Below are positions 37,461 through 46,139 of a stretch of DNA of 64,000 bases, piece after piece. The notes beneath the pieces are model-generated. The model had not been told where the DNA came from. It made no database searches and was given only the letters and a program-made list of their open reading frames with translations. The first letter of the stretch is position 1; the number at the start of each line of letters is the position of its first letter. The stretch covers positions 1 through 64,000 of IMG/VR virus record IMGVR_UViG_3300027899_000012; one strand, given 5' to 3'. Both the position numbers and the translations under genes were made by a program. This DNA comes from a virus.

Positions 37461-37937
37461 TCAGTCGTCGCCTTCGTCTCCTTCCTCGTCGTTCTCTTCG
37501 TCTGCGTCGGCGGCCCCTTGGTTGTCCGGGTCGTTGGCGTCCTGGTGTTCCTTCTCGACCGTGGGCCAGTCCGTCTGCTTGACGGAAAGGGCCAGGGCAG
37601 CGTTGAAAATCGCCTCGGTGCCAGCGTGCAGTCGCGCCGCGAGAATCAGGCCCATGAACGCCAAGTCCTCGTTTCCTTCAGACTCATCGTCGGCCGCATT
37701 CGCAATCTCGCACGCAACGTCAAACGCTTCGTCGGCCGTGAAGCTGGAAAGCGGAGTCACAGGCGCGGGCCGTCGCCCGTCGCCTCGTTCCGATCTCCTA
37801 CCTCCGCCGCCCCTTCGATGTCCTCGCATTTTATCCTCCACACGTACAGGTTTGTTTCGCAAGTCGTAGACCTTGACGCCTGCTGATCGCAAGGCTTCGA
37901 GCGCACGAGCTTCCCTTCTCTTGGGACAGCCGGCCAC
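37461..37937 (-). CDS. Hypothetical protein with acidic tail (start uncertain)
   Basis: D/E-rich C-terminus. Confidence 0.5.
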   Translation of the reverse strand: MAGCPKRREARALEALRSAGVKVYDLRNKPVRVEDKMRGHRRGGGGRRSERGDGRRPAPVTPLSSFTADEAFDVACEIANAADDESEGNEDLAFMGLILAARLHAGTEAIFNAALALSVKQTDWPTVEKEHQDANDPDNQGAADADEENDEEGDEGDD

Positions 37938-37939
37938 GG

Positions 37940-39076
37940 CTAGAATTCCCCCTGCCCGATGTTCTTGACGGCTGCGGCGTAGGCTTCAACCAAGGTCGTG
38001 CCCTTGCCCTTGCCGATCGGCGTGGATTTGTCCGCGATCGTGGTCGAGTAGATCGTGACCCACGCCTGCCCGTTCTTGCCATGACCGGCCGAAAGCGACC
38101 ATTTGTGCAGGTCGGCTTCGATCAACGGGTTCCCGATCGGAGCGGCCTCGACGGGGGCCGGGGTTGCGGGTGCAGTTGCCTTGGTTGTCGTTGTCTCGCT
38201 CATGGGTTGCTCGGCTTTCTCGCACGCCACGCGTGCGGTTTCGTTCGCGGGCACCTCGCCCGCAGGTTGGATTGCCACAATGGGGTAGGGGTGCGAGGCA
38301 ATGTGCTCCTCGACGGATTCAAAATGCCGCCCGACCGTGCGGTCAGCGGTGAAGCTCACCGTGGGATAGCTGTGCCAGGGTTGATCGATGGTCATGGGTA
38401 CGCGCAAGCGTCCCTTGCCGCCGTGCCACGTGAACGTCAGGCGAGGCGCGCGACCGTTCCATCCCAGGTTCCAATCGATCCGGACGGTCCAATCGCGGCA
38501 CCGGAGCGAATCCAGGGTGCGAACGACGCTCCGGAGCTTCAACGCGTCCGCGTACCAGCAATGATCCTCGAAATCCACGCGTAGGTTTGTTCTGCCCTTG
38601 CAGGATGCGAGAATGAGCGCCTTGAACGGTACGCGCTCCAGGATCGCGGTCCAGTCATCGTGGATCATGCTCGCCTGCAGATGCGACCGGGCCGCGCAAA
38701 CGGTGGGGTGGTCGTTCGGAACTGCCTCGCCCCTTTCGTCGGCTCTCCGTGCGCCACCTTTGACGCTTCCCAGGAACATGCCCGCGAGCTTCGCGTCGTC
38801 GATCGCTTGGATCTGCTCTCGCAAACCGTCGGCGCCGGTGTGCCACCAGTACGCGAAGGCGTCCAGGCTCGCAATCATGGCGTCGCGAATCTCGAACGTG
38901 TCGGCGCCTTCCTTCGGAGCGTCCGCGATTCGGTACTCTTCATCGTTCGCCTTGACGATCCTCTTTGCCATCTTGACGATCGGAACCAGCATGGCCTCGA
39001 ATTCGTGGCGCGTGCACGGGGGAACGGGTTCGGGCGTTGCTTCGCTTGCTTCCACGTCAACGGGTTGGCAACTCAT
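37940..39076 (-). CDS. Hypothetical protein with probable in-frame internal start at 38203
   Basis: ATGA coupling at 39076; internal leader hairpin plus AGAAAGC before MSETTTT. Confidence 0.7.
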   Translation of the reverse strand: MSCQPVDVEASEATPEPVPPCTRHEFEAMLVPIVKMAKRIVKANDEEYRIADAPKEGADTFEIRDAMIASLDAFAYWWHTGADGLREQIQAIDDAKLAGMFLGSVKGGARRADERGEAVPNDHPTVCAARSHLQASMIHDDWTAILERVPFKALILASCKGRTNLRVDFEDHCWYADALKLRSVVRTLDSLRCRDWTVRIDWNLGWNGRAPRLTFTWHGGKGRLRVPMTIDQPWHSYPTVSFTADRTVGRHFESVEEHIASHPYPIVAIQPAGEVPANETARVACEKAEQPMSETTTTKATAPATPAPVEAAPIGNPLIEADLHKWSLSAGHGKNGQAWVTIYSTTIADKSTPIGKGKGTTLVEAYAAAVKNIGQGEF

Positions 39077-39291
39077 GGCGCATACCTCACGCATCGGATC
39101 TGGAATTCCGCGGCCGCCCCTCCGCCGCCCGTGTACGTTTCACCGGGCTCCAAGCGTTGGATCGCGTCCAGGACTTCCGCGAGGTACGTGTCAGCCTGGA
39201 CGTCGTTCGTCGCGCGCCACTGATCGAGCGTAAACAGGGCCGGAAAGGCATCGCCTGTTTCCGGGTCTAGTTCCTGGTAAAGCTTTGTCAT
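39073..39291 (-). CDS. Small phage hypothetical protein
   Basis: LEPGETYTGGGGAA motif; coupled. Confidence 0.7.
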   Translation of the reverse strand: MTKLYQELDPETGDAFPALFTLDQWRATNDVQADTYLAEVLDAIQRLEPGETYTGGGGAAAEFQIRCVRYAP

Positions 39292-39515
39292 CACGCCACC
39301 AGCCCGATCCGTCGCTCGTACGCAAGGCACGCCGCGCACGTAACGACCGGGTTGGCTGTTCCCGCGTCCAGGACACGCCAGGACCGCGGCACGTAGGCGA
39401 CCCACCCGTGGACCCGGACCACGCGCCCGCAACCATCGCAGGCCACAACCACGGGCCAGCGCGATGCGTTCGGGGTCCGCTCGCCGGGCTGGACCTTGAC
39501 GGCTCGGCTACTCAC
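39291..39515 (-). CDS. Small zinc-ribbon protein
   Basis: CDGC...CAAC; GTGA coupling. Confidence 0.5.
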   Translation of the reverse strand: MSSRAVKVQPGERTPNASRWPVVVACDGCGRVVRVHGWVAYVPRSWRVLDAGTANPVVTCAACLAYERRIGLVA

Positions 39516-39766
39516 GACACGCCCCCAGGGCTCGGGAAGGACACGCCTTCGACAACCACGGACCCGGGGGGCGGGGTTCCGTCGCGCATGGCGCGCGCGG
39601 CGTTCGTCGCGGCTTCGAGCACGGCCACGGGATCGGCTCCGATGGCTTGGGCCACCTGGACAAGGCAATGCGTGAGCGCTGCCATGACGTCCGCCGGACC
39701 ATCGTCGGGGCCGGTCATGACGTTAACCATAATCGGGGGGGAACTGGGATCGTTCTGGCTGGACAT
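39512..39766 (-). CDS. Hypothetical protein
   Basis: SD GGAGG; downstream of promoter 39828-39856. Confidence 0.7.
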   Translation of the reverse strand: MSSQNDPSSPPIMVNVMTGPDDGPADVMAALTHCLVQVAQAIGADPVAVLEAATNAARAMRDGTPPPGSVVVEGVSFPSPGGVS

Positions 39767-39827
39767 GGTTTCTACCTCCGGGATCGACACTCGATCCGTC
39801 CGGGCGAACTGCCCGGGTGCAAGGTGG

Positions 39828-39856
39828 ATGGTACGTTGCAAGGTCGTAACAGTCAA
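39828..39856 (-). promoter_or_regulatory. Sigma70-like promoter
   Basis: TTGACT-17nt-TACCAT. Confidence 0.75.
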
Positions 39857-40089
39857 GGGGCGATCGCACCTAACCCTGCGCTTTTCTTGCGAAAACGTGT
39901 ACGTGTTTGCAGGGTGCTTCGCTCGTGCGTAACACGCGCACGTGTCCGGAAGGGTGGGGTGCGGAGCGTTGCAAGGTCGCAACAACTTGCGCGCCATGGT
40001 CGCCGCGGTCGGAACGGGCGATCGGGTAGGGGGCGAAACATTGCGCGAAGCGTGCTGCGGCATGGCGGCGATCCCTGGGATGGCGGGAA

Positions 40090-40112
40090 GGGGGAACCCC
40101 GAAGGGTTCCCC
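40090..40112 (-). terminator. Stable hairpin after 40123 gene (terminator or 3' stabiliser)
   Basis: GGGGAACCC-TTCG-GGGTTCCCC on minus strand; only a weak U-tract. Confidence 0.55.
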
Positions 40113-40122
40113 CGGTGGACCG

Positions 40123-41622
40123 TCAGCCGGCGGCCGGCGGGGTGGAGCCCGATCCGTTGCCTTCGGCAACGGGAGCGCGCGCCTTGAATTTACGCGGCCC
40201 GGCCTTGCCCACGCCAAGGGTTCGGAGCGCTTCGCGCGCCCCGTCAAGCTTTGCGGCGATGGCATCGCGAGCGGTTCCAGACTCCCGGACCGCTTGCCAG
40301 TCCGCAACCCCGTCCAGGGTCGCCTTGATTTGTGCAGCCACGGCCGCGAGCGCCGTATCGTTTGTGACGTCCTTGGCGGCGAGATCCTTGAGCCATCCCT
40401 GAAGGCTCGCGATACGGACGTCGCGGAACGCCTTCCGCTTGCCATCCTCGCCCGGTCGCAGCAGGGCGGTTAGTTCATCGAGCATGGTGCCCGCTTGCAC
40501 GCGTGCGGCCGCCCGGATTTCGGCCCACGCTTCGCGCTGCTGTACTTTCATCGCTTCTGCATTTCGGGCCGCCATGGCCGTGTCCAGCCGCTTTGAACCC
40601 GTGAGATCCACCCATGTCGTGCTCGCCGTGTAGGACGCAACCGCGACCGATCGCGGCACGTAATCGGACGCGCGCCATACTCCCGGCAGTTCACGGATCC
40701 CGGTCATGGGATCGAGCCGTTCAACGACGTCCCGATCGTCGATGACAGCCTGATCGTAAACGTTGCCCAGCGCTTGCACCAGGGCAGGGCGGGTGCTGGT
40801 GATATAGTCGGCGGCGAGCGCTTCAACGCGATCCATCAAGGCGATCGGCACGGGATAGATCCCGCGCAGCTGGGAAGGCAACGCAACGGACCGGATCGCG
40901 AGCCGGAACGAATTGTCAGCGGCTTCGATGCTCGCATGCTCCGGGCAAGCGCTCAGAAGCTTGACGGTCGTTTTTGTGGACTTTTTACCCTTACCGCTTG
41001 CCGCCGGATCGGCCGGCGCTTGCGCGTCAAGGCTCGTTACCCGCACGCGATCCGTGATATCGCGGCCCACGCCAAGGCGGCCGAAATCCGCGCGGAACCA
41101 TACGACGTTCTTAAACGGATCCGTGATTTCCTTCGGCGCTTCTGCAAGGGCAGCGCGGAGCGCGGCATCCTCCGCCGTTTCACCGGTTGGGCCTTCGGCG
41201 GGGGGGGGCGCATCGCTGGACGGCTCCGCCGTCGCTTCGCTGGCAGCGGCCGCCACGGCCGCCGCGCCTTCGGCCTGTACCTCGATCGGGTTGCTCGCAA
41301 CCCGGGCTGGCAAGGGTTCGGGCTCCGGGTCCGCTTCGGGTTGCGCGACCGGTTCGACCGGTTCGCCTACCGCGATCGATTCGAGCCATCCCACGATCGC
41401 GATCCGAGCATCCGCCCGGGTCCCCTTCGGCAGCGCTCCGAGCAACGCGGCCGCCGCGCCGAACACGGGCAGCGCGGCCGTTGGCATCGTAGCGGCTTCG
41501 CGCTCGATTTCTGCCACGATTTCGGCGCGCTTCGATCCGCCGTCGAAAGTCGCAAGCAACGCATTGGACAGAACCGCATATTGATCAGAGGTGAGGGAGT
41601 AACGGGTTGTGCTGGTATTCAT
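40123..41622 (-). CDS. DUF3150-like protein
   Basis: GIYPVP...DY.P...helical C-terminus with DGKRKAFRD and DVTND; context with AAA module. Confidence 0.6.
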   Translation of the reverse strand: MNTSTTRYSLTSDQYAVLSNALLATFDGGSKRAEIVAEIEREAATMPTAALPVFGAAAALLGALPKGTRADARIAIVGWLESIAVGEPVEPVAQPEADPEPEPLPARVASNPIEVQAEGAAAVAAAASEATAEPSSDAPPPAEGPTGETAEDAALRAALAEAPKEITDPFKNVVWFRADFGRLGVGRDITDRVRVTSLDAQAPADPAASGKGKKSTKTTVKLLSACPEHASIEAADNSFRLAIRSVALPSQLRGIYPVPIALMDRVEALAADYITSTRPALVQALGNVYDQAVIDDRDVVERLDPMTGIRELPGVWRASDYVPRSVAVASYTASTTWVDLTGSKRLDTAMAARNAEAMKVQQREAWAEIRAAARVQAGTMLDELTALLRPGEDGKRKAFRDVRIASLQGWLKDLAAKDVTNDTALAAVAAQIKATLDGVADWQAVRESGTARDAIAAKLDGAREALRTLGVGKAGPRKFKARAPVAEGNGSGSTPPAAG

Positions 41623-41666
41623 GGCTTCGTCTGCTTTCTGCCCGGACACTCCGGGCGTTTGTGGGC

Positions 41667-41918
41667 CTATTGCTTGATCCGTTCGGGTTGCTTGGCTTGC
41701 TCGCGTACCATGCCCTTGACCACGCGAGCGGAGCTTTCGATCGTCACGTTCGCCGCTCGCGCAAATGCCGCGATCGCGTCCGCCACGGTCGAATGCGACG
41801 TCTGCATTTTTCCGGTCACGATCTTGATCACCCCAGACGGGGCGATCGTGATTTCGAGCGTATCCGTTGCCACGGTTTCACCGTTCGGGCCGTGTGAATG
41901 ATTGGAATTGCCGCACAT
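41667..41918 (-). CDS. DUF2997-like small protein
   Basis: DTLEITIAPSGVIKIVTG beta-hairpin; context; SD GGAGG. Confidence 0.6.
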   Translation of the reverse strand: MCGNSNHSHGPNGETVATDTLEITIAPSGVIKIVTGKMQTSHSTVADAIAAFARAANVTIESSARVVKGMVREQAKQPERIKQ

Positions 41919-41926
41919 GGTTGCAC

Positions 41927-42313
41927 CTACCTCCGGAACGTGAGCTTAACCGCCCCGTCGCTTTGTTTCACCGTGCTCGTATGCTTGAATCCGAACCGTT
42001 TGAGCGACACTTGGGCCGCCTTTGTGCCGTACGCCTGTCGGATCTCGCCGGTCATGCGCTCGACGTCCGCTTCCGTCCCTTCCTCGATCCGGATCCGCGA
42101 TCCGGACTGCCGAACGTTCAACGTTGACGTCCCCTTGCGAGCTACCAGCAAATCGCTGGCCAGCTTGACGTTCCGAGCATGGCCCCGAACGATCGCCCCT
42201 TCCTGGTACAGGGTGACGGTCCAACCGTCGCTTTCGAGCGCTTGCGCCAGCATGGCGCGATCCATCCCGTCCAGGTTGAGCCTGGAAGTCGTGTACTTTG
42301 TATCGCATGGCAT
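41927..42313 (-). CDS. DUF1257/Ycf35-like protein
   Basis: MPC...LAQALESDGW...IRQAYG...KRFGF pattern; context. Confidence 0.65.
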   Translation of the reverse strand: MPCDTKYTTSRLNLDGMDRAMLAQALESDGWTVTLYQEGAIVRGHARNVKLASDLLVARKGTSTLNVRQSGSRIRIEEGTEADVERMTGEIRQAYGTKAAQVSLKRFGFKHTSTVKQSDGAVKLTFRR

Positions 42314-42315
42314 GA

Positions 42316-43965
42316 CTAAAAATCCTCGCCCGGGTCGGGAGTTTCCGTAGGGGGGGGCGCAGCAGGAGCCGGAGCGGCCGCCCGAAGCTTGCGACCGGCC
42401 GCCGGTGTCATCAGTGCGGCCGCAGACGGCGCGACATACGGGCGCCCCGTGGACGCGTCCGTATAGCTGTTTTCTGCGGCGATTCGATTGCGCTCGGCTA
42501 CTTCCTTGCCCACCTTTCGCAAGCTTGCCACGTGCCGCTCCGCCGCTTGCTGGACGGTGATACCGTAATCGAGCGACTTCTGGATCGCCTGCACGATATC
42601 GCGACCCGTCCATCCCTGGTAGAGCGCTTGCGGCGGCCGCTCGGACGGCGGGAGCCCGAATTTGCGCAACTGGGCAAGCCAGATCCCTTCCAGCTGGGCA
42701 GCGTCGGGCACCCCAAAGTAGAACGTCTCAACCATGCGCGATGTAAACTCTTCGCGAAATAGCGGGGCGCCGGTGTCATCGTGCGTCCGATTGCAGGTTG
42801 CGAACCATAGGTGCACGCCCCCGAACGCTACCAGCCGTGCGAACGCTTGCTCCGCGTTTCTTTTTGACGCTCCGACATACTCGTTTTTTAGACTGTCCGT
42901 ATCCAGCATGACGATCGGGCACTGGGCAAGGCTGGCCACAACCCTGGCCAGCGTGGACTTGCCCACGCCCGGCAATCCGCTTGACAGGATCGTGATGTTC
43001 CGGAGCACGCGCGGATCCGGGTAAGCAAGGTGAGTGAGCAGCGACTTGAAAATCCCGGCCGTCGCTCCGCCGTCGCGCGCATCCGACCCGGATTGTACGA
43101 TTTTTTCGGCTTCATCCAACAACACGACAAGGCGGATCGGGATCCGCTTCACTAGATCCCCTGCCCAGTCCAGGACATAGGGTATGCCTGCGAAGTGTTC
43201 GGGCCGTTCGGGCTGATCAATCGTGATACCGGGCAGCGCGCCCAACATTTCGCGGGTCCGTGCGCCGACCACGTCAAGGTCAAGGCGTCCCGTGGCGCAC
43301 CCCAGGGATCCAGCCTGCGACACTTGGAACCCCGTGAGCGAAGCCGTGGCCCCGCTTGCCGCCGCAATCGAGCGATCGTCCGCGGGAATGCTATTTTCCG
43401 CGCACAAGTCGCGAACGACCCCGGCGCGCTCCGCGTCCGATGGCAAGGGATCCCGGACAAGCAAGACGTCACCCTGTATCAGGGCAGGGATCCGACCCGG
43501 GTCGTTACCCAACCCAATGACCATGGATTCCGATCCGCCCGCACAAAGCCAGTCGCGAAGGCGTAGCAGGGCGAGCGCAACCCCGGGTTTGTTCCAGACG
43601 TCGTCCGCGTCCCACCATACCAGGACGGACCGGGGCGGGATCCCGTATCGTCGGGTTGTTTCCGGGTCGATCCAGGGGCGCATAGCCTTGCACGCTTCAA
43701 GCGGCTCGCAAAGCATGCTCGGATCCTTCTCGCCGCAGAAGTCGCCGATCGAATCGCGCGCAGCGTCGTTCAAGGGTTCGAGTCCCCAGGTTGAGTCAAG
43801 GTGCCACATGGGGGGGCAGTCCAGACCGCGGGCCGCCGCGTCGTTGGCGATCGATTCTGCGATCGCCGATTCGGCAGCAGGCTGATCACCCGTGGCGAGG
43901 TACGCGATCGGAACGGATACGCCGTACGCTAGGACAATTTGAGCCGTGAATTTCGGGGCCGTCAT
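42316..43965 (-). CDS. Ycf46-like AAA+ ATPase with permuted Walker motif order
   Basis: VVLLDEAEK, GLPGVGKS, YVGAS, FATCN, GWTGRDI. Confidence 0.88.
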   Translation of the reverse strand: MTAPKFTAQIVLAYGVSVPIAYLATGDQPAAESAIAESIANDAAARGLDCPPMWHLDSTWGLEPLNDAARDSIGDFCGEKDPSMLCEPLEACKAMRPWIDPETTRRYGIPPRSVLVWWDADDVWNKPGVALALLRLRDWLCAGGSESMVIGLGNDPGRIPALIQGDVLLVRDPLPSDAERAGVVRDLCAENSIPADDRSIAAASGATASLTGFQVSQAGSLGCATGRLDLDVVGARTREMLGALPGITIDQPERPEHFAGIPYVLDWAGDLVKRIPIRLVVLLDEAEKIVQSGSDARDGGATAGIFKSLLTHLAYPDPRVLRNITILSSGLPGVGKSTLARVVASLAQCPIVMLDTDSLKNEYVGASKRNAEQAFARLVAFGGVHLWFATCNRTHDDTGAPLFREEFTSRMVETFYFGVPDAAQLEGIWLAQLRKFGLPPSERPPQALYQGWTGRDIVQAIQKSLDYGITVQQAAERHVASLRKVGKEVAERNRIAAENSYTDASTGRPYVAPSAAALMTPAAGRKLRAAAPAPAAPPPTETPDPGEDF

Positions 43966-44007
43966 TTTCTGTACTCGCTTTCTGCGGCGACACTCGCCGC
44001 ACCAGGG

Positions 44008-44035
44008 AAGTTAGCACGTGCACCGCACGTGTCAA
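44008..44035 (-). promoter_or_regulatory. Sigma70-like promoter of AAA operon
   Basis: TTGACA-16nt-TAACTT with extended TG. Confidence 0.65.
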
Positions 44036-44061
44036 CGGTAAAACGTACGCGTGATTTTGGG

Positions 44062-44080
44062 GAAACCGTGAAACGGTTTC
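44062..44080 (-). terminator. Hairpin after 44094 gene
   Basis: GAAACCGT-GAA-ACGGTTTC inverted repeat. Confidence 0.45.
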
Positions 44081-44093
44081 GAGGGTGGGGCGA

Positions 44094-44405
44094 TTATTCG
44101 AGCTTGGTCAGCAAATCCGCCAAGGGCGGACCGTCCAACGCGGGCAACGCTTCAAGGCGCACGTTGAACCCTAGATCGTGCTTGTCGCGAACGTTCAGCG
44201 CTTCCGTGAATGCTTCCGCTATGTTGCCCGATTGCAGCAGGGCAACGAAGCGATCCCATTTGACCGGATCGTCCAGGAGCGCGACGTCCAGAATGCAGGA
44301 AAGCGCTTCCCGTTGCGCGCTTTCCTCGGTTGGACAAAGCGCAACGTGCTGGATTTGTTCGTTGCGGTCCTGGAACACTACAACGAAGGCCACGGGCGCG
44401 TTCAT
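44094..44405 (-). CDS. Hypothetical protein
   Basis: ATGA coupling; MNAPVAFVVV... Confidence 0.7.
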   Translation of the reverse strand: MNAPVAFVVVFQDRNEQIQHVALCPTEESAQREALSCILDVALLDDPVKWDRFVALLQSGNIAEAFTEALNVRDKHDLGFNVRLEALPALDGPPLADLLTKLE

Positions 44406-44590
44406 TTGCCCCCCTTTGCCGCTCGGCTCCACGCAGCGGGAAGGAACCCACCACCGCGGATCCATTCGTCCATGGCCAGCACTAGCTCTGCTAGTCGATC
44501 GGCTACAGGTGTCATACCGCCCGAAGGTTTGCCGTCAACGACGGCAGTGGCAAGGCGGACTTGTTCGGCTAGGTTCGCGTCCGGATCCAT
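44402..44590 (-). CDS. Conserved small phage protein
   Basis: MDPDANL...RLAELV.AMDEWI..GGFLP..W, a pattern I recognise from small phage early proteins. Confidence 0.8.
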   Translation of the reverse strand: MDPDANLAEQVRLATAVVDGKPSGGMTPVADRLAELVLAMDEWIRGGGFLPAAWSRAAKGGK

Positions 44591-44593
44591 GTT

Positions 44594-45166
44594 TCAATCG
44601 CTTTCTGGGGTGCCATGCGCCCCATTGGGTTGTGTGTCTGGCGCATCGCACATGTTGCGCACCTGCGAAGCATCGCCATTTTTTGCGGAGGGTCTGATCG
44701 GAAACATTGCGTCAGGCGCGCTGGCCATCGTGGTCGGCAGCACGGGCCAGCGATCCGCGGAGCCCTGCCCGGCGACTCGGCGGACGTCGGCCAGCGTCCG
44801 GCCGCAACGCCAGCCTGCAGCCGTCCGGAGGGCTCGCCCGCTCACCAGGGAGGGGGCGCAACCCGGGCGCACCAGGATGGCCACGACGCGAAGCAACCGG
44901 GAGGGCTCGCCGGAGTCAAGCGCTCGCTCGGAAGGTCGGGCGGACGGATCGGGGTGAGCATCAAGCAGGACAAGCGCCCCCCCGTCAACCAGGGGAAGGA
45001 CTGCGCCAGTGTCGCGCACCCTGCGCTCCCACGTCGAGGGGGCGAAAAGGGAGCCATCCGAAATCCCAGCTTGCCCACACGTGAGGGGCAAGCGCACACC
45101 ATGCGCGGCAAGGACAAGCGCCAGCCTTGCGAGCGGTTCGGGGTGCGTTGTTCGTTCGGATACCAT
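44594..45166 (-). CDS. Hypothetical protein
   Basis: ORF preceded by TTGCAC-17nt-TATAGG. Confidence 0.45.
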   Translation of the reverse strand: MVSERTTHPEPLARLALVLAAHGVRLPLTCGQAGISDGSLFAPSTWERRVRDTGAVLPLVDGGALVLLDAHPDPSARPSERALDSGEPSRLLRVVAILVRPGCAPSLVSGRALRTAAGWRCGRTLADVRRVAGQGSADRWPVLPTTMASAPDAMFPIRPSAKNGDASQVRNMCDAPDTQPNGAHGTPESD

Positions 45167-45629
45167 GCAAATATGCCTATAGCACGCGAGAGATCCGGGT
45201 GCAACCATGCAACACGCGATCGATCATACGCGCAAATGTGCGCCCGGTTCACGGTCGGGTTGTGCCGTACCAGGGAGCGGCCCGCGGTTCCTCGGACGGC
45301 GAGCCGGTCGGCACGGTCGGCACCAGGGGCGGACGGACCGATCGAGCCGTGGACGGTCGGATCCTGGTAGAAGGGCCAGCACCCCACCCCCTCCGGACCC
45401 CGCCGGGATGTCGTGGCGATAGTGCCGAACTATCTGCACGATGTCGAAAACATCGTGGCGATAAGAGAGAGTCAACGAGCGCGTGCGATCCCTCCTTCCC
45501 CTGTGCCCCCTTCCTCCCTTCTTCCCGCGTTCTTCCTTCGGAATCCCGCTCCCGACTTCGTCGCCCGATCGCGTTCCTTTTCCCTGGAGCGCACTGGAGT
45601 CAACGCTAGCTCCCGTGTACGATTCGATC

Positions 45630-45893
45630 ATGGGACGAAGACCCCGCAACATCTATGGGACGCCACAACCCAAGAAGCGTAAGCTTCCCCCTGTGTGCAC
45701 TTGCAGGGTTTTTCAGCACTTTGTTGGGCACAGATGCACCCCGGCCTATTACCTTCGGGGACACGGAACGGAGAAAGGAAGAATCGTCCAGGTGCTACGA
45801 CGCGACGAGCGGTTCCTCACCGCTATCGTTCTCGTTCGCTGGGATGACGGCGAAGAAAACGAGCGGCACACTGATGACTTGTGGATTTGGTGA
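45630..45893 (+). CDS. Small SH3-like beta-barrel protein
   Basis: TACGAT-6nt-ATG; GRIV...VLVRWDDG...DDL. Confidence 0.6.
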   Translation: MGRRPRNIYGTPQPKKRKLPPVCTCRVFQHFVGHRCTPAYYLRGHGTEKGRIVQVLRRDERFLTAIVLVRWDDGEENERHTDDLWIW

Positions 45894-45955
45894 CACTCGA
45901 CTGACCGGGTTTGGTGCACTTCCATCAAACAGCCTATTACTGGTAAGCTTTCACG

Positions 45956-46138
45956 ATGTGCAACGGATGTGCTTCGCAAAACGTGCTCGGAAAATCGGGT
46001 TGCTCTTGCACCAAAGGCCTTGGTGCAACGCCAAATCCGAACGCTGTGATTTGGGGCGCTTTCGCTGTAGGAGTCGCAGGTTTCCTTGGCGTGCTGTACT
46101 TGGCCATGCGAGGCATTTCTCGCGCTTCGGAGCGATGA
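45956..46138 (+). CDS. Small Cys-rich membrane protein
   Basis: TAAGCT-6nt-ATG; CxxC, GLGA, C-terminal TM. Confidence 0.7.
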   Translation: MCNGCASQNVLGKSGCSCTKGLGATPNPNAVIWGAFAVGVAGFLGVLYLAMRGISRASER

Positions 46139-46139
46139 C

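Noticed and set aside
38701-38716. Partial similarity to the predicted TnpB guide (GTGGGGTGGT)
   Set aside because: Only about 10 nt of low-complexity match; expected by chance.
33683-41656. Loop GUG as the true start codon
   Set aside because: In frame with the downstream ATG in only some cases (24 or 27 nt), out of frame in others (25, 26, 28 nt), and the SD-like sequence lies downstream of it.
31742-44624. GUG hairpins as integron attC sites for the giant recombinase
   Set aside because: Only 13-19 bp, with no RYYYAAC/GTTRRRY boxes; fixed spacing to start codons points to expression control.
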